From the sequence record SRR31156797_4877: 33,620 nucleotides of DNA; one strand, given 5' to 3'. This document shows positions 9,469-20,755 of this stretch, piece by piece. A model generated the notes under the pieces. The model searched no databases, was not told where the DNA came from, and saw nothing but the letters and a program-made list of their open reading frames with translations. Every line of letters begins with the position of its first letter. The stretch's first letter is position 1. A program made the position numbers and the translations under genes.

Positions 9469-10170
9469 TCAATACTTTAACTTCATTAAACTACTATCCA
9501 AACCATTAAAAATATAAAGACCATCTGAAGAAACCTTGCCTGCTCCGGTAGCAATTTTAATGGTTTCCAGTGCCATATGACTGCCTATGGTTCCGGGCAA
9601 GGCACCAATAACACCTAATAATCCACCTTTATTTTCCGGTGGTACCGGGAATACATCCGAATAAGATGGCGATCCTTTATAATTAAATACCGAGAATCGA
9701 CCTTCAAAGTCGGATACCGCACCATGTACAAAAGGCTTTTGTAACTGAATGCTGTATTTATTAATCAGATATCTCGAATCTAAATTATCCGTGGCACCAA
9801 TCACGATATCATATTGACTGATGATGCTTTCTGCATTTTCTTCAGTTAAAAAGTAGGTGTAAGTTTCAAACTCAACCGTGGTGTTGAGTTGCTGCATTTT
9901 TTGAGCAGCTACTTCGGCTTTATACAAACCAATCTCTTCTTCGGTATACAATATCTGACGTTGCAGATTGGTCAGGCTAATTTTATCGGCATCTATGATA
10001 CCCAATTTGCCTATACCAGCACCCGTTAAATACTGGATAACCGGACAACCTAACCCTCCGGCTCCTACTACCAGAACCTTACATTGACGTAATTTTTCCT
10101 GTCCCTCTTCGCCAATTCCGGGCAACATAATTTGCCGGTTATATCTTTCTAAATCTGTATTATTCAGCAT
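9469..10170 (-). CDS. thiF: ThiS adenylyltransferase (HesA/MoeB/ThiF family)
   Basis: ERYNRQIML, VGAGGLGCP, TNLQRQILY, DNLDSRY; last gene of the thi operon. Confidence 0.88.
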   Translation of the reverse strand: MLNNTDLERYNRQIMLPGIGEEGQEKLRQCKVLVVGAGGLGCPVIQYLTGAGIGKLGIIDADKISLTNLQRQILYTEEEIGLYKAEVAAQKMQQLNTTVEFETYTYFLTEENAESIISQYDIVIGATDNLDSRYLINKYSIQLQKPFVHGAVSDFEGRFSVFNYKGSPSYSDVFPVPPENKGGLLGVIGALPGTIGSHMALETIKIATGAGKVSSDGLYIFNGLDSSLMKLKY

Positions 10171-10182
10171 GCGAATTGTTTT

Positions 10183-11292
10183 TTACATCAGGCACTGATC
10201 CCAGTCTTTCCAAACGGTTTCGTACCCTCGTTCTTGAATCATCGCAGCTACTTCTTCTGAACTACGATCATCAGACACTTCAAATTGTTTTAATTCTCTG
10301 TCAGGATTAGCATATCCCCCCGGCTCGGTCTTGCTACCAGCGCTCATGTTGGTAACGCCCAATACCATCATATTGTTTCTGAATACCGGATTCTCGCGCG
10401 TACTTAGCGACAGTTCTAGCTCGTTATCCAATATCCTATAGGCACAAATCAGTTGTACCAATTGCTTATCGTTAACATGAAAATTCGGTTGAAAACTTCC
10501 GGCATGCGGACGCAATCGAGGAAACGAAAGGCTGTACTTTGTTTTCCAATAGGTCTTCTCCAAATATTGCAAATGAAGCGCCGTGTAAAAACTATCTGTT
10601 CGCCAATCCTCTAAACCTAATAAACAACCCAAACCAATTCGGTGTATCTCTGCCTGTCCCAAACGATCCGGCGTTTCCAATCGATATCTGAAATCAGCTT
10701 TTTTCCCTTTGGGATGATAAAAAGGGTAGCGATCTTTATGATAGGTTTCCTGGTAAATATACACCGTATTTAAACCATGTTTCTGCAGCTGATCGTAATC
10801 TTCTTTATCCAAAGGAGCCACTTCAACCGAAAGTGATGCAAATTGCGGACGAAGCATTTCAATCATTTCATCCAAATACTCTACCCCGCAGTTTTTATGA
10901 TGTTCACCTGTTACCAAAAGTAGATGCTCAAAGCCCATGGCCTTAATGATTTCTACTTCCTTTAGCACTTCTTCTTTAGAAAGCGTATGACGCGCTATTT
11001 TATTCTTACAATTAAAACCACAGTAAATACAACCATTGGCACATTCGTTTGACAAGTAAAGCGGAATGTACAATTGAATGGTTTTTCCAAATCGTTTTTG
11101 TGTAAGATGATGACTCTTCTGCGCCATTTGTTCCAGATATGGTTCAGCTGCAGGAGAAATTAAAGCTTTAAAATCTTCCAGATTGATTTTATCCTTACTC
11201 AAAGCCCGTTCTACATCTAAATGGGTTTTGTTGTAAATAGATTGGGTTTCTGTTTCCCAATTATATTGTTGATGTACTTGATAAAAGGACAT
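10183..11292 (-). CDS. thiH: 2-iminoacetate synthase (radical SAM tyrosine lyase)
   Basis: PLYLSNECANGCIYCGF (CxxxCxxC), YQETY, SFPRLRP, SLSTRE, MSAGSKTEPGGY, WKDWD. Confidence 0.96.
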   Translation of the reverse strand: MSFYQVHQQYNWETETQSIYNKTHLDVERALSKDKINLEDFKALISPAAEPYLEQMAQKSHHLTQKRFGKTIQLYIPLYLSNECANGCIYCGFNCKNKIARHTLSKEEVLKEVEIIKAMGFEHLLLVTGEHHKNCGVEYLDEMIEMLRPQFASLSVEVAPLDKEDYDQLQKHGLNTVYIYQETYHKDRYPFYHPKGKKADFRYRLETPDRLGQAEIHRIGLGCLLGLEDWRTDSFYTALHLQYLEKTYWKTKYSLSFPRLRPHAGSFQPNFHVNDKQLVQLICAYRILDNELELSLSTRENPVFRNNMMVLGVTNMSAGSKTEPGGYANPDRELKQFEVSDDRSSEEVAAMIQERGYETVWKDWDQCLM

Positions 11293-11358
11293 ATTACTTA
11301 ATCATTTAAAATTACTTTACCCGTGAACGATTTTGCTAGCCAATAATAGTGCGAGAAA

Positions 11359-12132
11359 CTACAACTCGCTTAAAAAGCTGGTAAGCGGACTACTGGCTTC
11401 TGCTTGTTCGCGAATAGCGCCCGGTCCCGATAAACGTGCAATACGACCAGCCTCTACACTCATTTTAAAAGCCTCTCCCATTTTTACAGGATCTCCGGCT
11501 ACAGCAATAGCCGTATTCACCAAAACAGCATCAGCTCCCAACTCCATAGCTTCTGCAGCATGAGAAGGTACTCCAATACCCGCATCTACCACCACCGGAA
11601 GGTTCGATTGCTCGATAATTATTTTCAGAAATTCACGAGTTTTTAGTCCCTGGTTAGTTCCAATAGGCGATCCTAACGGCATGACAGCTGATGCTCCGGC
11701 ATCTTCCAGTTTTTTACAAAGCACCGGATCAGCATGAATGTAAGGTAAAACCACAAAACCATCTTTAGCCAGTTCGTAACAAGCTTTTAATGTTTCTTCG
11801 CCATCAGGCAACAGGTATTTTGCATCCGGATGAATCTCCAGTTTAATCCACTTGGTTCCTAATGCTTCTGCTGCTAAATGTGCTGCAAATACCGCTTCTT
11901 TAGCATTTCTTACGCCACTGGTATTGGGTAATAAATTTACTCCCGGAATATCCAGGTGTTTAATCATGTCATCGGCACCGCTTTTCATATCAACGCGTTT
12001 TAGCGCCACGGTTACCAACTCAGAACCGGATGAGATAATGGCATCCCTCATACTTTGATTAGAACTGAATTTTCCGGTTCCGGTAAATAATCTTGAATTA
12101 AATGTTTTGTCGGCTATAATTAGTTTGTCCAT
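11359..12132 (-). CDS. thiG: Thiazole synthase
   Basis: [50 protein letters not shown]. Confidence 0.97.
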   Translation of the reverse strand: MDKLIIADKTFNSRLFTGTGKFSSNQSMRDAIISSGSELVTVALKRVDMKSGADDMIKHLDIPGVNLLPNTSGVRNAKEAVFAAHLAAEALGTKWIKLEIHPDAKYLLPDGEETLKACYELAKDGFVVLPYIHADPVLCKKLEDAGASAVMPLGSPIGTNQGLKTREFLKIIIEQSNLPVVVDAGIGVPSHAAEAMELGADAVLVNTAIAVAGDPVKMGEAFKMSVEAGRIARLSGPGAIREQAEASSPLTSFLSEL

Positions 12133-12142
12133 AATGGTCTTT

Positions 12143-12879
12143 TTATTGAAGGCTTTTGTGTAAGCCTAAGTTGGTTTCGGTACTTAAAATAAATTGTTCC
12201 ACATATCGCTTGGCATTAATGCAAGCCTCCTGAATAGCTAAGCCATTGGCTAAATTAGCAGCAATGGCCGCAGACAACACACAACCTGTTCCGTGCTTCG
12301 TTTTTCCCTGAAAAGAAACGCCCTCTACTTCGGCATATTCTCCGTTTAGTACCAATACATCGGTACCAGGCTTTTCCTTTTTATGCCCACCCTTTAAAAG
12401 ACAAACAAATTTCAACAGGTCAATTCCACTTTCATTAAACAGATTATATTCAATCGCATTAGGCGTAATCAGAGTGAACTGACGAAGCAATTCTTCATTG
12501 ATGGTCAAATCATCATGAAAACCAAAGCCGGAACTGCTTCTAATAATTGGATCCCAAATAATTTTAATAAGCGGCTGTTCTTCTTTTAAATGAAGAACAA
12601 TCTGTGTTAGTTCTGCAAAGCTGTTCACCAAACCAATTTTAACTACCGGAATGGTATAACTTTTCAGCAACACATTCACCTGCTCTAGAATCAACTTTAA
12701 ATCAACCGGATAATTGGCGATAAAAGAATGATCGTTTTGAACGGTAATGGTGCTCACAACCGATAAGCCATAAACACCATGCTGTTCAAAGGTTTTGATG
12801 TCGGCAGTTAAACCGGCTCCCGCAGAAGGATCGTGTCCGGCAATACTTAATACATATGGCGGCAATTGTGACATGTGCA

Positions 12880-12880
<1 letters not shown>
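12143..12880 (-). CDS. thiD: Hydroxymethylpyrimidine / phosphomethylpyrimidine kinase
   Basis: [50 protein letters not shown] overlap with thiC. Confidence 0.93.
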
Positions 12881-14667
<1,787 letters not shown>

Positions 14668-14725
14668 TTAATGGGTGTAAAAACCAGATGGCTTTTAAGA
14701 TTTAATAAAATGCTTAGCTACGAGA

Positions 14726-14929
14726 CTATCCTCCTTTGGCAGCCGTAATAATCAACACTTTATCATTCTCGCTTAGAATAGTAGAAGTTCTGTTGTTTTG
14801 TAATACAATTTGATTGTTGACAGCAACTGCTGTACCTGGAGCGTTGGATAGCTCCAGTTCTGTTAGTAATTCTTCAATGGAAGCATCGGTTTTCACTTCC
14901 TTTGGTTCATCGTTAATAAAAATAACCAT
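14726..14929 (-). CDS. thiS: Sulfur carrier protein ThiS
   Basis: 67 aa from ATG 14929; AVAVNNQIV, C-terminal GG. Confidence 0.93.
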   Translation of the reverse strand: MVIFINDEPKEVKTDASIEELLTELELSNAPGTAVAVNNQIVLQNNRTSTILSENDKVLIITAAKGG

Positions 14930-15019
14930 ATATAACCTTTTAGTCTCAGACAAGAATGCAATAAGCACTTCCTCTGAAAGGGTAAAACATATGGTGCCAA
15001 TAAAGTATACTGAGGTAAT

Positions 15020-15096
15020 TCACTTCCCTTTACAGCATTACCTGTACAGGTTCAATGGGTATAATCTCAGCCTGTAAAATTAGGCACCCCTTTTTT
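15020..15096 (-). ncRNA. TPP (THI-box) riboswitch aptamer
   Basis: Minus strand reads ggggtgcc-taattttaca-ggctgagattataccc-attgaacctg-tacaggtaatgctgt-aaagggaag, with the CUGAGA / ACCUG / UAAU / AGGGA hallmarks, upstream of thiS. Confidence 0.95.
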
Positions 15097-15105
15097 CGAC
15101 GAATG

Positions 15106-15113
15106 CAAAGATA
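15106..15113 (-). promoter_or_regulatory. -7 promoter element (TATCTTTG) of the thi operon
   Basis: Consensus TAnnTTTG about 10 nt upstream of the riboswitch. Confidence 0.7.
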
Positions 15114-15172
15114 GCTTTTTCAGATTGAAAAAAGCATGGAATGGATTTTTTTTGGTTTTGAAGAATGATATC

Positions 15173-18100
15173 TTACAGCCATTTATCAATTAAACGAGCC
15201 AGATCATCCATTTTAACAGGTTTCCCAATATAGTCGTTCATACCGGCATTAATACACACTTCGCGGTCTCCTTTCATAGCGTTAGCTGTCATGGCAATGA
15301 TAGGAATTTCAACTTTCTTCTCCCTTAAATTTCGAGTAGCATCCAATCCGTTCATAATTGGCATTTGAACGTCCATTAAAACCAAATCGAATTTATATTC
15401 TCCACTGGTTATCATCTCAACTGCCTCTTTACCATTTTGAGCGATGGCTGTTTTTAAGCCAATCTTATCCAACATCTTCTCAGCAATCTTCTGATTAATT
15501 AGGTTGTCCTCAACTAACAGAATGATTTTATTCTTAATCTTCTCTTCAAAAGGAATAACTTCTTCTGCAGGTACATTATTTCCATTATTACCATTGAAAA
15601 ATAAAGAATCAATGGTGTTATACAGTTGTGTATATTTAATTGGTTTTTGAATAACCTGATCAATGGCTTTGAACTGATAACTCTCGTTCCATTTCAGATT
15701 AGAGGTAAATAGTATAATCTTAGCGTCAGGTATTACTTTCTTAATATCATTTAAGAAGCTTTCATCCACTTTACTAAATACATGAGAGTCGATGATTATT
15801 AATTGAGTGTCATCTGCATCTTCAATATGATCAATAGCTGATTTTTCATCATTTACATTACTCGAAATAATGCCCCAGTTATTCAGCGTTTTCTTTAATA
15901 AGAGCACATTTGTTTTGTGATTATCAACAATTAAAGTCTTGATGTTTTTAAACTTATCAGCTTTTAACTCATCAGGAGCTTGATTTTTATCAATTTTAAA
16001 AGGCAGAACAAAGTGAAAGATAGAGCCCGGGGTTTCTTCGCTCCAGGCAAAATTAGGATTCGGACTTTCCACCCAGATTTTACCACCCATTAATTCAATT
16101 AACATTTTTGAAATGCTGGTTCCCAGACCGGTTCCTCCAAATTTTCGGGTAGTAGAACCATCCGCCTGTGTAAACGATTCGAATATCTTTTCCAATTTAT
16201 CTTTAGGAATACCAATACCGGAATCTTCCACCATAAAGTGAAGGGATATTTGGGAACTGATTTGTTTATTCACTTCGACTTTTAAAACAACTTCTCCCTC
16301 CGAAGTAAATTTAACGGAGTTGCCCAATAAGTTAATTAATACCTGAATTAAACGGCTTTCGTCACCAATTAAAATACTTGGAATAGTTTGTTCTACACTA
16401 CTAATAAGCTCAATCCCTTTTTCGTTGGTTTTAAATGACATCTGATCCATCAAATATTCAATTGTTGATCGAATATTAAATGGATAAGGTTCAATTTTCA
16501 TCTTACCGGCTTCTATCTTAGAGAAGTCCAGAATATCATTAATAATATTAAGCAGGTTTTCGCACGAACGACCAATAATATTTACCACATTACTTTGCTC
16601 CTTGGTCATGGAGGTGTTACTAAGTAGTTCTGTAGCACCAATAATTCCGTTCATTGGCGTTCTGATTTCGTGACTCATATTAGCCAGAAATTCAGATTTA
16701 GCTTTATTGGATTCCGCCTCTTTTTGTTGCACCTCTTTTTGAGCACTGATATCCATAAAGGCTTCCAGGTAGACATTATTATGGTTAAGGCGAATAGGGA
16801 TAATATTTTTCAGAATAGAACGTGAAATATTGTTTTGTTTCACTTCCAGTCTTTCTTCCAGCATGGAAACAACAACCCTTGTAGTTGGGTCTGAAATATG
16901 TTCTTCTTTTTGGGTAATAAAAACCTCGCTGTAATCGGAACCTTTCATGGCATCGATGACCTCTTTTTGGTTTTTATATCCCATTATTTTGGCAGCCGTA
17001 TCGTTGGCTTGTATTATTTCTTTATCACTATTTACAATTAGAATTCCCACAGGTAGATTCTCGATAATCGTCTTCATCGATTCGATAGATTCTTCCAAGG
17101 AGTGGGTCAGTATTCTTTTTTCTGTGATATCTTCTTTTATAGCAATAAAACTGGAAATAGTATTAGACTTACTCAACACCGGAGAAATCAATACTTTTTC
17201 CCAATAAACTTCTCCACTTTTCTTACGATTATTAATTTCTCCTGTCCATATTTTACCTTCCTGAATGGTTTGCCAAAAAGCCGGAGAAGAGTCCTCATTT
17301 TCGTTGTGAAAGAAATCTATATTGTTTTTTAATACTTCATCTTTACTATATCCTGTTATATCTTCAAATCCTTTATTCACGTATTCCACATTACCTTTGG
17401 TGTCGGTAATCATAATAGAAATCGGACTTTGTTCAACCGCTTGCAATAGCTTATCGTTATTTTCTTCTGCCATTTTACGATTGATAATTACCTTTTTAAT
17501 CTGAATTATCAGATAATAGGTTAATATACCCGCAAGAAGTGTAAAAATAAATAAACTGAGATATTTAAAATTGTTGTATTTGGTTATAATATTGATGCTC
17601 TCATTGTTCAGCTTAACCACCTTTTTGTTAATGTCATACGAAATTTTATTTTCAATTTCATTGATGCGAGAAAAAAGTGTTTCAGATTGTTTTAGATAAA
17701 ACGCAATGTTATTGCGGTATTCTTCGAGGTTACTGTCAGGTTCATCCAGATAGGGAGAAATGACTCCAATAATTTTTGATGCTAGTAAATTAAGATCATG
17801 GACCTTAGGCGAAAGTTCTCTTATTTCAGGAATAGAACCGGTATATTTATCAACATCATAAACGATTACTTCGGTAATTAATTCCTGATTTTGAAGATTA
17901 ACGGGTTTTATTTCATTTAATGTTCCGCCTAAATCAAGAATTTCTACAATATTTAAACATTCTGCAACCAGGTTATTGATATTGTTTTGGGTATTGGTAA
18001 GTTGCTGAGGGTGCTCGATTCCGGTAAAATCTTTAAATAGCAAATTAAGCTTTAGAATGTTCTTCTGTAGTACTTTTTCTATTTTTTGTTTTTGCTCCTG

Positions 18101-18271
18101 ATTATGTATAATTTTTTGATAACGAATTATATATGTACGATCAAAGTAATTTTCAATAACCAATATAGCCGCCACAGTTAGTAAAAAAATAGCCAATAAA
18201 AGGTATAATTTTACAATAATTGGTTCACCAATGAACAAAGCTTTTTTTTGTGACTTGGAAGATTTTACCAC
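15173..18271 (-). CDS. Hybrid sensor histidine kinase (2 TM, periplasmic helical domain, PAS-PAC, PAS, HisKA, HATPase, 2 receiver domains)
   Basis: EQSPISIMITD...YVNKGFEDITGY; SEFLANMSHEIRTPMNG; NLLGNSVKFT, DSGIGI, FTQAD, GGTGLG; LVEDN...LMDVQMP...MTANA...KP; GTG start. Confidence 0.93.
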   Translation of the reverse strand: MVKSSKSQKKALFIGEPIIVKLYLLLAIFLLTVAAILVIENYFDRTYIIRYQKIIHNQEQKQKIEKVLQKNILKLNLLFKDFTGIEHPQQLTNTQNNINNLVAECLNIVEILDLGGTLNEIKPVNLQNQELITEVIVYDVDKYTGSIPEIRELSPKVHDLNLLASKIIGVISPYLDEPDSNLEEYRNNIAFYLKQSETLFSRINEIENKISYDINKKVVKLNNESINIITKYNNFKYLSLFIFTLLAGILTYYLIIQIKKVIINRKMAEENNDKLLQAVEQSPISIMITDTKGNVEYVNKGFEDITGYSKDEVLKNNIDFFHNENEDSSPAFWQTIQEGKIWTGEINNRKKSGEVYWEKVLISPVLSKSNTISSFIAIKEDITEKRILTHSLEESIESMKTIIENLPVGILIVNSDKEIIQANDTAAKIMGYKNQKEVIDAMKGSDYSEVFITQKEEHISDPTTRVVVSMLEERLEVKQNNISRSILKNIIPIRLNHNNVYLEAFMDISAQKEVQQKEAESNKAKSEFLANMSHEIRTPMNGIIGATELLSNTSMTKEQSNVVNIIGRSCENLLNIINDILDFSKIEAGKMKIEPYPFNIRSTIEYLMDQMSFKTNEKGIELISSVEQTIPSILIGDESRLIQVLINLLGNSVKFTSEGEVVLKVEVNKQISSQISLHFMVEDSGIGIPKDKLEKIFESFTQADGSTTRKFGGTGLGTSISKMLIELMGGKIWVESPNPNFAWSEETPGSIFHFVLPFKIDKNQAPDELKADKFKNIKTLIVDNHKTNVLLLKKTLNNWGIISSNVNDEKSAIDHIEDADDTQLIIIDSHVFSKVDESFLNDIKKVIPDAKIILFTSNLKWNESYQFKAIDQVIQKPIKYTQLYNTIDSLFFNGNNGNNVPAEEVIPFEEKIKNKIILLVEDNLINQKIAEKMLDKIGLKTAIAQNGKEAVEMITSGEYKFDLVLMDVQMPIMNGLDATRNLREKKVEIPIIAMTANAMKGDREVCINAGMNDYIGKPVKMDDLARLIDKWL

Positions 18272-18308
18272 AAGCGTAATTTTTCAAAACATTAATTTGG
18301 GTATAAAT

Positions 18309-19151
18309 TTAAAAAATTAATGTTTTTCTCCTATTAAAACCATACTTTCTAAATACAGAGATACCTTCTTCCCCTGTTGCATAGTTTAAAAATTCTTTAG
18401 CTAAATCAGGATGTTCGCTGGTAGACAGGATGCCAGCATAAATCTCTGAAGGGTTTTCATTAAAGTCTTCAATAGGAAAAATTTCAACATGATTTTTATT
18501 ACCGTTGTTGTGAATATCACTTTCCCAGTTAATTACTAACTGAGCTTCTTCATTAACAAGGCTTTTTACCAGGCCTCTGCTATCTGTAGATAAAGCAACA
18601 ACGTTCAATATCATATCATCATATAAATCTTTTTGGGTCAGAATTTTTCGGGTTTCATAACCTAAAGAACTGGATTCTGGATTGCCTATGATTACTGCAA
18701 ACTCTTTGGTTGTCAATTTTTTTAAATCTCCATTATAACCAGACGGATTATCCTTTAATGACATAACAACTAAAGTATTATATCCTACAAATACAGAATC
18801 AATGATATATGGAATGTTATTTTTAGTGTTCTTTAATTTATTAAATCCTGCGCTTGAAGCCGGAATGTAAATATCCCCTTCATTGGTGTATTGAATTAAA
18901 CTACTTAGATTTTGTGCACAATCGTTATGTAATTTAATCCTACAGTCATTACCTGATTCAAACTTTTCTTTAAGTTCCATTAATACAGGCACCAACGCAT
19001 TTTCACAATAGATTGTGATTTCTTTATTTTCGTTGCTTTGACTGGTTTCTCCACTTTTATTTTTTACCTGATCGCAAGCAACAAAAAAAATTAATATGCC
19101 AATTAGCAAATATCTCACTGAATATGTTTTTATATGATTATACGTCTGCAA
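18309..19151 (-). CDS. ModA-like (class II) extracellular solute-binding lipoprotein
   Basis: Lipobox FFVAC; EGDIYIPAS, YNTLVV..KDNP, VIIGNPESSSLG, AKEFLNY...EGISVFRKYGF; start uncertain (TTG 19151 or GTG 19118). Confidence 0.75.
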   Translation of the reverse strand: MQTYNHIKTYSVRYLLIGILIFFVACDQVKNKSGETSQSNENKEITIYCENALVPVLMELKEKFESGNDCRIKLHNDCAQNLSSLIQYTNEGDIYIPASSAGFNKLKNTKNNIPYIIDSVFVGYNTLVVMSLKDNPSGYNGDLKKLTTKEFAVIIGNPESSSLGYETRKILTQKDLYDDMILNVVALSTDSRGLVKSLVNEEAQLVINWESDIHNNGNKNHVEIFPIEDFNENPSEIYAGILSTSEHPDLAKEFLNYATGEEGISVFRKYGFNRRKTLIF

Positions 19152-19242
19152 ATGTTTGCATTAAACGTTACACAAGTTACGGAGAAACCTTTATTGAGGA
19201 AGATTTTTTTATCTAATTATGAGGTGCGTTTATCAAATATAA

Positions 19243-20313
19243 TTAACGTTTTACAAAGTGCCTACGTATCCAGCGCGGCACAATCACTCCGCCCACAAAC
19301 AAATATGGGTAGTAACTAATTAAACGCCAAAGAAAAGCAAGCGTTATTTCAGTTCCTTCCGGAATAATGCCGGATAGAAATTCTTTAAATACATATTCGG
19401 CAAAACCACTGCCTCCTGGAGTTGGACTAACCAGCATCATTATCCACATAACTAATTGTTTTCCGAATACCAAAATATGATCTTCGAAATTGATAAAGGA
19501 AATGCCAAAAAAAGAAACAATTATTGAGTTAACAACCCAGTAACGACTAATCCAGCTAAATGAAGTAGCTAAAAATGCCTTTAGCCACTTGCTGAATGGC
19601 CATTTTTTAAATTCGTTGGATGTAGTGATTAAATCGTACCCTGATTCATTGGCATCCGGACGCCATTTTCTAATAATCGGTAATTTAAATATCCATAGTA
19701 ATAAGAATTTAAGTCCTCGGGGATTGATAAATAACCCATAGGTAATGATGGCAGTATACAAGAACTTCAGTCCATATCCGGTTAATGCAAAAAGTAAAAA
19801 TTGATTTTTATACCAGGGAATATTGATATCCTGAATTCCAAATCCAAAAATATCAGTCCGCCCTATAAATAATAGTACAACAGGAAATGCTAATATAAAA
19901 AACAGCTCATCCAGAAAAGAAGTGACCATGACCATTGCAGTGCTTCGGCCAATTTTAATTCCTTCTTTATTAATAAAAAAAATAGCCACACTTGTACCGC
20001 CAATAGCAGATGGAGTCACTGCCGACGTAAACTCCCAAAGCATAATAATAGAAAATGCCTTTCGCCAACTCAATTTATAGTTAGATAATAGTCGAATACG
20101 ATATATGTATCCAAAATCCCGAATAACCATGAGTAGAAAAGAAACAAGAATCCAGAATATAGTCTTGCCGGTAATATCCAGTACATCAAGACTACCAGGT
20201 TTATATTCCCTGAAAAGCATAAATGCCGAAAATCCAACACCTATAATTATGGGAAATATAATACGAGTAGGCTTAATGCTTTTTATTATTTTACCGGAAT
20301 TATCTTGCTGCAT
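19243..20313 (-). CDS. Lysylphosphatidylglycerol-synthase TM domain / UPF0104 flippase-like membrane protein
   Basis: Multiple TM helices; WEFTSAVTPSAIGG, SPTPGGSGFAE, WRLISYY; start moved to ATG 20313. Confidence 0.85.
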   Translation of the reverse strand: MQQDNSGKIIKSIKPTRIIFPIIIGVGFSAFMLFREYKPGSLDVLDITGKTIFWILVSFLLMVIRDFGYIYRIRLLSNYKLSWRKAFSIIMLWEFTSAVTPSAIGGTSVAIFFINKEGIKIGRSTAMVMVTSFLDELFFILAFPVVLLFIGRTDIFGFGIQDINIPWYKNQFLLFALTGYGLKFLYTAIITYGLFINPRGLKFLLLWIFKLPIIRKWRPDANESGYDLITTSNEFKKWPFSKWLKAFLATSFSWISRYWVVNSIIVSFFGISFINFEDHILVFGKQLVMWIMMLVSPTPGGSGFAEYVFKEFLSGIIPEGTEITLAFLWRLISYYPYLFVGGVIVPRWIRRHFVKR

Positions 20314-20714
20314 AAAGTGGCCTAGTATTTTACTTATAGTAAATGTATACAATAAAACTAAACAATAGTTGATATCTCAATTAAATTCTTAAGTCAAGAA
20401 AATCTATAATTGGTCATAATTAGTTTTTTCAGATTAGCGTAAAACCTCATATACCTGCAAAAACAGAGGGTAAACACTGTAAATATATAGAATATAATTT
20501 TCATTATAGTTTTGATTTAACTATTAGGGTTTGGCTATAGAAAATTTTCGATTAAAGTGAAAATATACCTTTTAAATTATTGTTCAATAAAACAGTCGCT
20601 CAATTACTCTAAACCCAACTAGTTTAAATAGGGATTTTTATCACACAACAGTTTATTTTAGCCAATAAATACCACTTGTGTTAAACATTCTGTACCAAGC
20701 TGTGTTATTTAACC

Positions 20715-20736
20715 TATATTTGCATCACTGTTGCAA
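20715..20736 (+). promoter_or_regulatory. -7 promoter element overlapped by a palindromic operator candidate
   Basis: TATATTTG (20715-20722) overlaps TTGCA-tcactgt-TGCAA (20720-20736), 19 nt before the Fur-like ATG. Confidence 0.6.
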
Positions 20737-20755
20737 TTGAAGGGAGTTTGCATTT

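Noticed and set aside
15173-19151. Binding protein/kinase as a thiamine sensor for the adjacent thi operon
   Set aside because: Only adjacency supports it; the operon has its own promoter and riboswitch, and the binding protein looks ModA-like rather than TbpA-like
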